Source of the DNA: Candidatus Ornithospirochaeta stercoripullorum
GTDB taxonomy: Bacteria; Spirochaetota; Spirochaetia; Sphaerochaetales; Sphaerochaetaceae
Direction of reading: 5' to 3'
DNA: 64,000 bases
NCBI GenBank assembly: GCA_017694595.1
Contig: JADIMT010000069.1
Span: 8,713 to 72,712 of the forward strand
In this document: piece after piece, positions 9,151 through 18,257 of the stretch
Layout: every line of letters begins with the position of its first letter
Position numbering within the stretch: position 1 is the stretch's first letter
Made by a program: the position numbers and the translations under genes
The notes under the pieces: generated by a model
The model's input: the letters and a program-made list of their open reading frames with translations, nothing else
Told to the model about the DNA's origin: nothing
The model's database searches: none

Positions 9151-10286
9151 AAGACTCCTTTTGTGCTGGCGACACGGCAGTCACCAGGAATTCTCCTGAC
9201 AGCTTTTCTCATAGCTCTGGCAAAAGCCTTGAAAAGCGCTTCTGCCGTATGATGGCTGTTGCCGGCTTTTGTCGCACTCATGTAAAGATTGCACTTAGCA
9301 GAGGAAGCAAAAGACCTGAAGAAGTGGACAACAAGCTCAGATGGGAACTGCCCAATATATTCCATCGTAAACTCCACATCCCATAACAGTTCAGGCCTGC
9401 CAGAGAAATCTATTGCAACTGTCGCAGCAGTATCGTCCATTGGCAGAACTTCAAAACCATAACGTTCTATGCCACGTTTATCACCAAGAGCTTTCAGAAC
9501 AGCTTCTCCAAGTGCAAGCGCAGTGTCTTCCACACTATGGTGCATATCGACATTCAGATCGCCTTTTACACAGCCCGTAATATCAAAACGAGAATGGCGC
9601 ACTATCTGATCAAGCATGTGATCAAAGAAACCTATCGCTGTAGTGATATGACCTTCCCCAGTTCCATCCAGATCTACAGATAGAGCAATCTCCGTCTCTT
9701 TTGTTCTCCTCTCGATTTCAGCACGCCTATGGCTCAGCGTGCTGTCATTAAGTAGATAGGAAGCTATATCTAGCCAGCTGTCAGATTGCAAAGCAACGAC
9801 GGATTCGAGGTCTGAAGGAACCTCGAGAGAAGACGGAGCTAGCAAGAAGCCACGGCATCCCATATTCCTTGCAAGCATCATATCTGTAAGCCTGTCTCCA
9901 ATCATGAACGAGGATGACATATCATAGAACTCAGAACGGTAGGAATCGATCATCGCTGTGCCAGGCTTCCTTGTCATCAGATTCTCCTCCGGCATTGAGA
10001 GATCGATATTTATATTGTCAAAGACTATTCCCTCACCCTGAAGCGTTGAGAATATCCGCTCTGCAGGCCCTGAAAACTCCTCGAAAGGAAAGCTTGCTGT
10101 ACCTACTCCATCCTGGTTGGAGACCATCACCAGAAGATAATCCGTCTTCTTTGAAATCTCTCGAAGAGCTTCGAAGACATGCGGTATGTATTCAATCTTC
10201 TCATAGCTGTCGACCTGCTGTTCTTTGACAATAACACCATCACGATCGATGAAAAGCACTTTCTTACGCTCTGTTCCAGGCATCAA
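9147..10286 (-). CDS. hisB: Bifunctional histidinol-phosphatase (HAD) / imidazoleglycerol-phosphate dehydratase
   Basis: The N-terminal HAD module is FIDRDGVI...VSNQDG. The C-terminal IGPD module is RTKETEI...DxHH motifs (DMHHSVED, NSHHTAEA). Confidence 0.9.
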   Translation of the reverse strand: MMPGTERKKVLFIDRDGVIVKEQQVDSYEKIEYIPHVFEALREISKKTDYLLVMVSNQDGVGTASFPFEEFSGPAERIFSTLQGEGIVFDNINIDLSMPEENLMTRKPGTAMIDSYRSEFYDMSSSFMIGDRLTDMMLARNMGCRGFLLAPSSLEVPSDLESVVALQSDSWLDIASYLLNDSTLSHRRAEIERRTKETEIALSVDLDGTGEGHITTAIGFFDHMLDQIVRHSRFDITGCVKGDLNVDMHHSVEDTALALGEAVLKALGDKRGIERYGFEVLPMDDTAATVAIDFSGRPELLWDVEFTMEYIGQFPSELVVHFFRSFASSAKCNLYMSATKAGNSHHTAEALFKAFARAMRKAVRRIPGDCRVASTKGVL

Positions 10287-11310
10287 GGGCCTCCTTTAAC
10301 ACTCTCATCTCCTCTTCCGATCCTATTGTAATTCGGATTGTATTATCCAGCATCGGCTCGGATGACCGATTTCTCACGACAATGCCCCTGGAGACAAGAT
10401 AATCATAGAGGGCTTTCGCATCATCCACTCTGATGAGTATGAAATTAGCTTGCGATGGAAAGAGATGGCGCACAAAACCAAGGGATGAGAGATAAGACGA
10501 GAACTCATCGCGACGCTTCTTTGTCTCCTCAATCCTCTTACGTACCTTCTCCATGTCCTCAAGCGCCATGATTCCAGCTTCCTGTGCGAGGAGCGAGACA
10601 TTGTATGGAGGTTTCGCTTTCATGAATATCTTCTGTATCTCAGGGCAAGAGACAAGTATTCCAAGCCTTGCACCTGCCAAGCCATAAGCTTTAGAGAAAG
10701 TACGAAGCACTACCACACGCGGATTCTCTTCAATCAATGCAAGTGAGGAAGCAAAGCCATCAGCGAAATCAAGATAAGCTTCATCCACAGCTGTTATCCC
10801 TGAATTAGCATCAGCAATACGCTTAATGCTCTCCAGAGGATAGACCTTCCCTGTCGGATTATTGGGAGTGCATATGAATACAATCTTAGGCTTTTCGGTT
10901 TTAATTGCTTCTATCATCGCCTCCACATCCAGATCAAGCGAAGTTGAAAGAGGGACATCTATGACACGTACATCCGATGTGTGAGCAAATACCGAGTATG
11001 TGCCATATGTAGGTCTTTCAATCATCACAGAATCTTTGCGGGGGGCACAGAACATGCGGATAAGCATATCGATAATCTCATCAGAGCCATTGCCGATTGC
11101 AGTCATGGAGAAAGGCAACCCCATCACTTCTTCCATCTTCTTTCTAAGCTGGAAAGCCTGTGGATCAGGATATCTGTTCACACCGTCATTTCCACCATCC
11201 CAGCTCTCATTGGCATCGAGAAGAATCTCCGCAGAACCTGAAAACTCATTGCGGGCACTACTGTATGGAACAAGATCCCTGATCCATGGATTCAGCAGGG
11301 AGTCAATCAT
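10264..11310 (-). CDS. hisC: Histidinol-phosphate aminotransferase
   Basis: LDANES...NRYPDP...TPNNPTG...RTFSKAYGLAG (PLP lysine). Confidence 0.9.
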   Translation of the reverse strand: MIDSLLNPWIRDLVPYSSARNEFSGSAEILLDANESWDGGNDGVNRYPDPQAFQLRKKMEEVMGLPFSMTAIGNGSDEIIDMLIRMFCAPRKDSVMIERPTYGTYSVFAHTSDVRVIDVPLSTSLDLDVEAMIEAIKTEKPKIVFICTPNNPTGKVYPLESIKRIADANSGITAVDEAYLDFADGFASSLALIEENPRVVVLRTFSKAYGLAGARLGILVSCPEIQKIFMKAKPPYNVSLLAQEAGIMALEDMEKVRKRIEETKKRRDEFSSYLSSLGFVRHLFPSQANFILIRVDDAKALYDYLVSRGIVVRNRSSEPMLDNTIRITIGSEEEMRVLKEALDAWNRA

Positions 11311-12586
11311 CGTTCAACCTCACTTTCACAGCATAGCTATGAGCTTCTAGCCCTTCAGCTTCTGCCATGCACTCAATAGTCTCACCCAAAGAAGAAAGTC
11401 CTTCTTTAGAAATCTCCTGTACCGTTATCTTCTTGAGGAATGAGTCAAGCGACACACCAGATGATGAAACAGCCCAGCCCGATGTCGGAAGTGTATGGTT
11501 AGTCCCTGATGCATAATCGCCAGCAGATTCAGGAGTGAAACCACCAAGGAAGACAGAGCCCGCATTCTCCACACCTTGCAATATCTTATCCGGATGCTCT
11601 GTGGAGATTATCAGATGCTCGGGGGCATATCCATTGATGATATCCAGCATCTCCTCATCGGAATACGCGGGGAATGCAAACGAATGGGAAAGGGAGGGAA
11701 GCATGTATTCATGTCTGCCGATTCTCTCAAGCTCTGCTCCGACTGCTTCATCGACTTTCTTGTAAATCGAGTAAGCTTCCTCACGGTTTTCCGCTTTGAT
11801 GACAAGCATAGCCTGACTGTCTTTTCCATGCTCCGCCTGCGATAGAAGATCTGCGGCAGCGAAAGCTGGGACGGATGTCCTATCAACGCAAACCATAACT
11901 TCAGAAGGACCTGCTATCATATCGATAGCTGTATGCTGGGAAATTTGCCTCTTAGCTTCCGTGACAAAGCTGTTGCCCGGACCGAATATCTTATCGCACT
12001 TAGGCACGCTTTCTGTACCATAGGAAAGAGCTGCAATAGCCTGCGCACCACCAATTTTGAGGACATTATCAACACCAGCAGTCTTCGCCGCGTATAGGAT
12101 AACAGGGCTGACAGCGCCATTCTTCGCAGGTGTTGCCAGTGTTATCATCTTGCACTTTGCAACGGATGCGGGAACAGCAAGCATCAGCACAGTGGAGAAG
12201 AGAGGGGCAGTTCCGCCAGGAACATAGAGCCCGACTCTGCTGATTGGAACAATCTTTCTCCAGCATCTCACGCCCCTTTCCGTCTCAACGCACTCGCTTT
12301 TTGGCATCTGAGCTTCATGAAAAGCCTTTATATTCTTCATCGCTCTCCAGATGGCAGCCTTAAGTTCAGATGGAACAAGGTTCTCTGCTTCAGCAAATTC
12401 CTCATCTGTCACATAGAGAGAGGATGGAGCGCCACCATCAAAACGCTCAGCATAATCAAAGAGCGCGGCATCGCCACGTGCTTTCACATCGGCAATGATC
12501 TTCCTGACAGCTTCCTCTTTCTCCCTATCTTCCTCACAAGGCCGTGCAAGGAGTCTTCTATCGAAATCAGTAAAAGAAATATACAT
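11303..12586 (-). CDS. hisD: Histidinol dehydrogenase
   Basis: GLYVPGGTAPLFSTVLM...AGPSEV...SQAEHG...GDYASGTNHTLPT. Confidence 0.95.
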   Translation of the reverse strand: MYISFTDFDRRLLARPCEEDREKEEAVRKIIADVKARGDAALFDYAERFDGGAPSSLYVTDEEFAEAENLVPSELKAAIWRAMKNIKAFHEAQMPKSECVETERGVRCWRKIVPISRVGLYVPGGTAPLFSTVLMLAVPASVAKCKMITLATPAKNGAVSPVILYAAKTAGVDNVLKIGGAQAIAALSYGTESVPKCDKIFGPGNSFVTEAKRQISQHTAIDMIAGPSEVMVCVDRTSVPAFAAADLLSQAEHGKDSQAMLVIKAENREEAYSIYKKVDEAVGAELERIGRHEYMLPSLSHSFAFPAYSDEEMLDIINGYAPEHLIISTEHPDKILQGVENAGSVFLGGFTPESAGDYASGTNHTLPTSGWAVSSSGVSLDSFLKKITVQEISKEGLSSLGETIECMAEAEGLEAHSYAVKVRLNDD

Positions 12587-12590
12587 CCAT

Positions 12591-13451
12591 CTACTCCGTC
12601 ATCTTCTCGATATTCATAACAAGGATGCCCTCAGCACCAAGCTTCTTCAGCTTCTCGAAAACCGCCCAGAACCTGTCTTCATCGACTGCGGATTGCACAG
12701 ATACCCACCCCGCGTCCATCAAAGGAGTGACTGTAGGGCTCTTCATACCGCCTATCACAGCAGCCGCTTCTTCTGTTTTATCAGCAGGAAGGTTAAAGAG
12801 AATATACTTCTTATGGCGAGCCATCATCACTGCATCTATTCGTTCAAGCAGACTTTCAAGTACAGCTTTCTTGTCATCAGAGATATCAGGACGGGCGATC
12901 ATGATTGCGGATGACTTATAGATGCATTCAGCCTCTTCCAGACCATTCATCTTCAGTGTAGTCCCAGTGGAAACCAAATCTGCAATAGCATCTGCAACCC
13001 CTACATCGACAGTGACTTCCACAGAGCCAGAAACCACAACAGGTGTCGCTGAAACTCCATTCTCCTTCAGTATCTTTGAAAGAATCCTTGGATATGATGT
13101 GGCAATCCTCTTGCCTTCCAGCGATTTAAGCCCCTGGTAATCAAAGCCATGTGGGACAGCTACAGAGAGACGGCATGAAGCAAACTTCAAGTCCCTTACA
13201 ACGCATAAGGAAAGACCCGTCTCATCATATTCATTCCTGCCAACGATCCCGATATCAGCAACACCATCCGCAACATATTGTGGGATGTCATCATCCCGCA
13301 CAAAGAGAAAATCAAGAGGAAATCCGTTAGCAGAAGCCTTAAGCACTCTGCTATCAGCATAGAAATCAATACCACAGTTCCTGATCAAATCAAGGCTCTT
13401 CTCAGATAGCCTTCCGCTTTTCTGCACAGCGATGCTGATTCTGCTCTCCAT
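12591..13451 (-). CDS. hisG: ATP phosphoribosyltransferase, long form
   Basis: I place the start at the ATG at 13451 (MESRISIAVQKSGRL), preceded by GGAGG 5 nt upstream. This gives 286 aa including the C-terminal regulatory domain. The longer 339-aa ORF in the track runs through the leader and terminator. Confidence 0.85.
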   Translation of the reverse strand: MESRISIAVQKSGRLSEKSLDLIRNCGIDFYADSRVLKASANGFPLDFLFVRDDDIPQYVADGVADIGIVGRNEYDETGLSLCVVRDLKFASCRLSVAVPHGFDYQGLKSLEGKRIATSYPRILSKILKENGVSATPVVVSGSVEVTVDVGVADAIADLVSTGTTLKMNGLEEAECIYKSSAIMIARPDISDDKKAVLESLLERIDAVMMARHKKYILFNLPADKTEEAAAVIGGMKSPTVTPLMDAGWVSVQSAVDEDRFWAVFEKLKKLGAEGILVMNIEKMTE

Positions 13452-13466
13452 ATGCACCTCCATCGG

Positions 13467-13499
13467 AAAAGAAAAAGCCTCCCGCCACCGGGGAGGCCT
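13467..13499 (-). terminator. Intrinsic terminator/attenuator in the his leader
   Basis: The minus strand reads AGGCCTCCC-CGGTGGC-GGGAGGCTT followed by TTTTTCTTTT. It lies downstream of a promoter-like element and 5 nt upstream of the hisG SD. Confidence 0.65.
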
Positions 13500-13527
13500 A
13501 TGCAATAGGATACCCATCATGGCTTTG

Positions 13528-13575
13528 TCATGATTGTACAAGGCTATGATGGATGTGTCCGTTTCTTCTTTCCAT
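13528..13575 (-). promoter_or_regulatory. Candidate his leader peptide mini-ORF (MERRNGHIHHSLVQS)
   Basis: ATG GAA AGA AGA AAC GGA CAC ATC CAT CAT AGC CTT GTA CAA TCA TGA. Three His codons fall within four codons. The ATG lies 6 nt after a -10-like hexamer and has no SD. Confidence 0.35.
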
Positions 13576-13581
13576 GTCAAA

Positions 13582-13610
13582 ACGGTAGCTGAAGAATCAA
13601 CGAGAGTCAA
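13582..13610 (-). promoter_or_regulatory. Sigma70-like promoter of the his operon (TTGACT-17-TACCGT)
   Basis: The -35 is a near-consensus hexamer, the spacer is 17 nt, and the -10 keeps T1, A2 and T6. It lies between the DUF308 stop and the his leader. Confidence 0.45.
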
Positions 13611-13625
13611 TAAAAAGCAGGCTCT

Positions 13626-14192
13626 CTACTTCGATTCTCCCATCTTTGTGATCTTTCTAGCAAAAATCATCTGCGAGACAGCTCCATAAACCATCAGCGC
13701 GCCAGATGATAGCAAGATAGCAGCAAAAAGCGTCATGATAACACCTGTAAGGAAATTCGGGAAAAGAAAGAGTATCAAAGCAAAGACAAATGAAAGCACT
13801 GTCTCAAGCCCCATTCCCTGCCAGACAGCCCCCATCCGGGAAAGCGCAATAAGATCGAAGAGATCAACAAGACCAGTAAGCAGAAATGCTGCACCCGCTA
13901 TATAGACAACAAGCGTTGTTATCAGGCGAGGAGAAGCGAGAGCTATTATCACGACAAGAAGTCCCATGACAAGATTCATGATAGCTTTTCCCGTCGAGAC
14001 TCCTAGGAAAATACGCCCTGCATCATCGCCAAATCGACGCATGAACAAAAGCGTCCTGACAGCATCTATAATAAGGTAAATCCCGAAAACCAAAATCACG
14101 ACAGTCAGGAAGCTATCTGGGTTAAGAATCATGTAAATGCCTGTAAAGACCATCAATGCACCAGATAAAAGGAGCGGTATATACTTTTTCAT
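13626..14192 (-). CDS. HdeD-like (DUF308) integral membrane protein
   Basis: The 188-aa protein has about six TM helices. It has DUF308-type repeats (GALMVFTGIYMILNP...LVFGIYLIIDAV). Confidence 0.7.
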   Translation of the reverse strand: MKKYIPLLLSGALMVFTGIYMILNPDSFLTVVILVFGIYLIIDAVRTLLFMRRFGDDAGRIFLGVSTGKAIMNLVMGLLVVIIALASPRLITTLVVYIAGAAFLLTGLVDLFDLIALSRMGAVWQGMGLETVLSFVFALILFLFPNFLTGVIMTLFAAILLSSGALMVYGAVSQMIFARKITKMGESK

Positions 14193-14268
14193 ATAATAAA
14201 TATCAGGTATGTTGCAGGATATGAAAAGGGATGTTTTCCCTTTTTACACTTTTGTCTAACATATAGCC

Positions 14269-14940
14269 ATGGCAAAATGGCAATACCTTCTTTTCGATGC
14301 AGATAACACTCTCTATGATTTCAACAGTACTGAGAAAACAGCTCTTGCAAAGCTCTTCGAACATTACAAGCTTTCTGAAACGCTTCTGCCCGTCTATCAT
14401 TCTGGCAATAAAGACTGCTGGGCTATGTATGAAAAGGGAGAACTGACACTGGAAAAACTGGAGAGCGAGCGTTTCCGGTTATTCTTCCAGAGAGCTTCCA
14501 TAGATGAAGATCCAGAAGAAGCGGGTGCACTCTACTCTGTTTACCTCGGAGAAGCTGGAATCATGATGGATGGAGCAATCAGCTTCCTTGAAAAACTTGA
14601 AGGCTGGGACATCTCGCTTATCACAAACGGAATAGCAAGGGTGCAGAAAGAACGTATCAGAAGAACTGGTACCGCACATTTCTACAGCCATGTCTTCATC
14701 AGCCAGGAAATTGGCTATGCAAAGCCTGATTCCAGATTTTTCGAATATGTCCTTTCAGTATTAAATGCGACGAAAGATGAATGCTTAGTCATAGGTGATA
14801 GTCTCACAAGCGATATACAAGGTGCAAAGCTATCAGGCATCGACTCTATCTTCTTCTCCACTGAAGGAAGAACAACAGAAGATGCCACATTCAATGCATC
14901 TTCATACGATGAGATTTTCCGCATCATTAAGTCAGAGTGA
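14269..14940 (+). CDS. HAD-superfamily hydrolase, YjjG-like 5'-nucleotidase
   Basis: HAD motif I is LLFDADNTLYDF. It also has ITNG and GDSLTSDIQGA. There is no SD, and TAACAT lies 6 nt upstream of the ATG. Confidence 0.8.
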   Translation: MAKWQYLLFDADNTLYDFNSTEKTALAKLFEHYKLSETLLPVYHSGNKDCWAMYEKGELTLEKLESERFRLFFQRASIDEDPEEAGALYSVYLGEAGIMMDGAISFLEKLEGWDISLITNGIARVQKERIRRTGTAHFYSHVFISQEIGYAKPDSRFFEYVLSVLNATKDECLVIGDSLTSDIQGAKLSGIDSIFFSTEGRTTEDATFNASSYDEIFRIIKSE

Positions 14941-15681
14941 CATATATGGGAGTATTTTCTCAATCTGACTGCTTGCTCTTACGAGTTCTTTTTCTATCTG
15001 TTCTTTCTTGCTGACAGAATACCTGAAAACGGGCATTGCGACGGAAATTGCTGCAACTACATGTCCATTGAGACGCAATGGACGTGCAATACAGCGCACA
15101 TCATAATTGCTTTCCTCACACTCATAGGCAAAACCTGTCTTCCTGATCTCCTCAAGCTGACTCACAAGGACATCAAAGGATGTAATAGTGTTGCGGGTAA
15201 TTGGCTTCAATCCATCTGGATATAGGTTTTTCAACTCATCCAGTGAGAGATCTGATAACAATGCCTTTCCCAGCGATGTCCCATAAGCAGGGAGGATTGC
15301 ACCAACGGAGGAATATGTCCTCACCGACTGCGTCGATTCAACTTTTATGACATATAGGACATTGCCACCTTCCAGTTTTGCAAGGTGCATAGTCTCACCT
15401 CCGCATTTCTCAGCAGATTGGCGAAGAATCTCTGTCACAGATTCATACCCGTTCTCACCCGTTGCATAAACCGATCCTGCAAGAAACAGTCTCAACCCTG
15501 TTGTGTATTGTCTGGAGGAAGTGTCATATGATAGATACTGCATATCAACAAGAGTCTGCAGAATAGGATAAATAGTACCAACTGGAATACCCAATGCATT
15601 TGAACACGCGACAAGCGTGACACCCTTGTTCGATGAAACATAATTTAGAATGGAAACGACCCTCCAAGTTGGCTTATGCAT
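14932..15681 (-). CDS. IclR-family transcriptional regulator (paralogue 1)
   Basis: It has an N-terminal wHTH (VVSILNYV...LGIPVGTIYPILQTL) and a C-terminal IclR effector domain (TRNTITS...GFAYECEES...RCIARP). The SD GAGGTG precedes the ATG. Confidence 0.85.
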   Translation of the reverse strand: MHKPTWRVVSILNYVSSNKGVTLVACSNALGIPVGTIYPILQTLVDMQYLSYDTSSRQYTTGLRLFLAGSVYATGENGYESVTEILRQSAEKCGGETMHLAKLEGGNVLYVIKVESTQSVRTYSSVGAILPAYGTSLGKALLSDLSLDELKNLYPDGLKPITRNTITSFDVLVSQLEEIRKTGFAYECEESNYDVRCIARPLRLNGHVVAAISVAMPVFRYSVSKKEQIEKELVRASSQIEKILPYMSL

Positions 15682-15786
15682 ACAACACCTCAGAAAGAAA
15701 ATCTCTCTCTTTGCCCGAACAGATACGGCAAAGAAATACCAAAACTCAATACAATTATAATATCTTTACTGGCGCATGATTACCAC

Positions 15787-15827
15787 AAAAAGAGAAAGCA
15801 GGGCCACAATTCTGATGTGAACCCTGC
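15787..15827 (-). terminator. Intrinsic terminator after the GH35 gene
   Basis: The minus strand reads GCAGGGTTCACA-TCAGAAT-TGTGGCCCTGC followed by TTTCTCTTTTT, 20 nt after the stop codon. Confidence 0.6.
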
Positions 15828-15846
15828 AAAAATTGAAACAAGGAGA

Positions 15847-18243
15847 TTAGAAAGTAAATTCAAGATTCTCAACACGATATGAACTGACGGAAATCAATTT
15901 AGCAGTTTCCTTGCCTGCAACTTCAACCATGGCAGCCATTGCAGAACTGCTATCTATATAAGAGCCTTCCTTGTGCGGAGAGATATAGATATACATTCCG
16001 TTAGCTAAGATTTCATCCTTATATGGCATCAGATCGATTTCCCATGCTCTCCCGTTTGAGAAGTTATCGTGGAACATCTTGCCATTGATAAACGCATAAC
16101 CAACATCGCCTTCATATTCAATGCTTAATATTAACTGCTTGGCATCTTTGAAGTCATCCGGTGTAAAACACATAGTGGCACGTGCATTCACGACCTTCGT
16201 AGACTTGACAGGACTACCAACGACAGGACGTTTCAGCATCGTCTCTGGCCCATCATTTCTTGAGCTGCAGTCATTGTAGTCGACATCATGCATCGCGTTT
16301 TCATGGTATGCAGAGTAAATTGTAAAAATACCTTTCACGCCCGCTTTACTCAAAGTCTGACCTGATACACTGATACTTTCAGAGTCTGAGAATGCAATGC
16401 CAAGGGAGCAATCAGATCCAGTCTGGTATTCGATGTAGTATTTCCCATCTTTATGCAATACAGGAGATGGAGAAAGGAAAAGTTTCCGTTCCCCAGCATC
16501 TATCTGCCAGAGCTTCATCGACTCATCGACAGAAAGAACCTGAATCAAAGCTCTACCCGATTCCGTCTCTATTTCAGCGATTCCACCATCTGCTGAGAAT
16601 TCCAGCTTATTACCATTTACGTTGCCGCCTGAAATTACACTGAGAGAAGGCTTGTTCTTGAAGACAACTTCAGCTTTCATACCTTCAATGGCAGTGAAGA
16701 GATAGACAGGAATACTGTTATTGATTGTCTTTGTAACAAGCTGGACAGTTGCATACTTTATCTTCACCGGCCCAAGAGAAAGATTAAATGGAAGTATCGC
16801 ATACGCACCTTCTGCAAGGTTGAGGCTTCCATTCTCAGGGATTCTCAGACAACCTTGCTTTGTCTTCACACTGATTGCGAAGTCTTTCTGCACTACAAGC
16901 TTAGCATGATCCTGATAATTATTGATGAACAGGAACCCCCTGCCATCGTTGTCAACACGGACAACATATCTGAGCGTCTCCGTATCTTCTGGCTGCTGGA
17001 CTTCCGCTTCTTTCGAAAGCCTGGTCTTTGTCAGTGCAAACACATCAGCAAATTCCCTATAGAAGAGATGCTGCAGCTTAAGATAGTGGAAAGACGGCCT
17101 CACTTGTCCGAACTCTCCCAGTGGTGCCTGGTAATCATATGAGAATTTTGGCACATCGCATTCATTGAGATATGGGACAAGCTTACCTTTTGGATGTGTT
17201 CCACCATGGTACATATAATAACCAAGGAAGTTGCATCCACTTCCGACTTTCACCTGTGCAAGAGCGCCTACGCTCTCATAAGGGAGCTGAAAACGATAAG
17301 GATAATAGACCTGCATGCCTCCGCCCATCTCACAGCATGCATATGGATAATCCTCAGCAGGATACTCTGGATCAAAATTGTAGTACTTAGGCGCACTGTT
17401 GGAATGGAAATCCCCATAAAGATACTCTGCAGTTGCAGGATGCTCTTTCAGCTTTCCATCATAGAACATCCATGGACGGAATGCATAACCTCCCCAAAGA
17501 GGGAAGACAATGTCCTCAGGAGCACATGCACCGCCCCAGGCTGTTGTAGTGAAAAACGGAACATCAAAACCAACCTCTTCAGCCAGCTCTCGCAACTTAG
17601 CCATGTGGCAGCGGCCATCATGCCCGCTCACAACCCATTCCTTACTGTTTTCCGTAGTCATTTCCCAAGGACATGAAGCATGCTCATATTCATTTTCAAG
17701 CTGCACTCCGATAACAGGACCGCCATCTTTGAAAAGCAGTCCTTCTGCCTGTTTCGCTATCTCTTCATAGAAACGCTTCGTATACCTCAGATACTCAGGA
17801 TCATTGCTCCTGATATCAAAAGGCCGGCCATAAAGCCAATCGGGGAATCCTCCATTGCGACACTCACCATGGGAGAATGGACCAATACGCAGAATCACAT
17901 ACATAGAATGCTTCTTGCATAGTTCGATGAATTGCCGGAGATTCTTATTCCCTGTCCAGTCAAACTCTCCCTCTATCTCCTCATGATGTATCCAGAAAAT
18001 ATAACTGGCGATTATATTTAGCCCACCCAGCTTCATCTTGATGATCTCATCTTCCCAGAGCTTCTCATTGATTCTCGAGAAGTGTGCCTCACCACAGACA
18101 GCGAACCAAGGCTTGTTATTCATTCTGAGGAAACAATTGCCTACATCAAAGATATTTCCTTTATCATCCTCACCTTTCATCCCTATCGGGCAATCATAGT
18201 ACTTGCTGATGACATCGGAGGCATCGATATTATACTCTCTCAT
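15847..18243 (-). CDS. Glycoside hydrolase family 35 beta-galactosidase
   Basis: GEAHFSRI...YIFWIHHE...GEFDW...YVILRIGPFSHGECRNGGFPDWL...GVQLENEYE (acid/base Glu). Confidence 0.85.
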   Translation of the reverse strand: MREYNIDASDVISKYYDCPIGMKGEDDKGNIFDVGNCFLRMNNKPWFAVCGEAHFSRINEKLWEDEIIKMKLGGLNIIASYIFWIHHEEIEGEFDWTGNKNLRQFIELCKKHSMYVILRIGPFSHGECRNGGFPDWLYGRPFDIRSNDPEYLRYTKRFYEEIAKQAEGLLFKDGGPVIGVQLENEYEHASCPWEMTTENSKEWVVSGHDGRCHMAKLRELAEEVGFDVPFFTTTAWGGACAPEDIVFPLWGGYAFRPWMFYDGKLKEHPATAEYLYGDFHSNSAPKYYNFDPEYPAEDYPYACCEMGGGMQVYYPYRFQLPYESVGALAQVKVGSGCNFLGYYMYHGGTHPKGKLVPYLNECDVPKFSYDYQAPLGEFGQVRPSFHYLKLQHLFYREFADVFALTKTRLSKEAEVQQPEDTETLRYVVRVDNDGRGFLFINNYQDHAKLVVQKDFAISVKTKQGCLRIPENGSLNLAEGAYAILPFNLSLGPVKIKYATVQLVTKTINNSIPVYLFTAIEGMKAEVVFKNKPSLSVISGGNVNGNKLEFSADGGIAEIETESGRALIQVLSVDESMKLWQIDAGERKLFLSPSPVLHKDGKYYIEYQTGSDCSLGIAFSDSESISVSGQTLSKAGVKGIFTIYSAYHENAMHDVDYNDCSSRNDGPETMLKRPVVGSPVKSTKVVNARATMCFTPDDFKDAKQLILSIEYEGDVGYAFINGKMFHDNFSNGRAWEIDLMPYKDEILANGMYIYISPHKEGSYIDSSSAMAAMVEVAGKETAKLISVSSYRVENLEFTF

Positions 18244-18257
18244 ACAAAATTCCTCTT

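Noticed and set aside
13452-13610. N-terminal extension of hisG to a 339-aa ORF starting at the TTG at 13610
   Set aside because: The extra 53 codons are not HisG-like. They run through a terminator hairpin, and the supposed TTG start is the first half of a TTGACT -35 box. The ATG at 13451 has a GGAGG SD and gives a normal long-form HisG.
13452-13625. T-box riboswitch upstream of hisG
   Set aside because: The leader is short, about 125 nt from the predicted start site. I cannot find the conserved T-box sequence (..GGGUGGUACCGCG..), the AGAGA/GA-motif Stem I features, or a credible specifier loop. The GGTGG lies in the terminator loop, not in an antiterminator bulge.
14224-14244. Hairpin AAAAGGGA-TGTTT-TCCCTTTT as a terminator
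   Set aside because: It lies in a divergent promoter region where no transcript ends. The stem is AT-rich and short, so it is probably fortuitous or part of a promoter/UTR.
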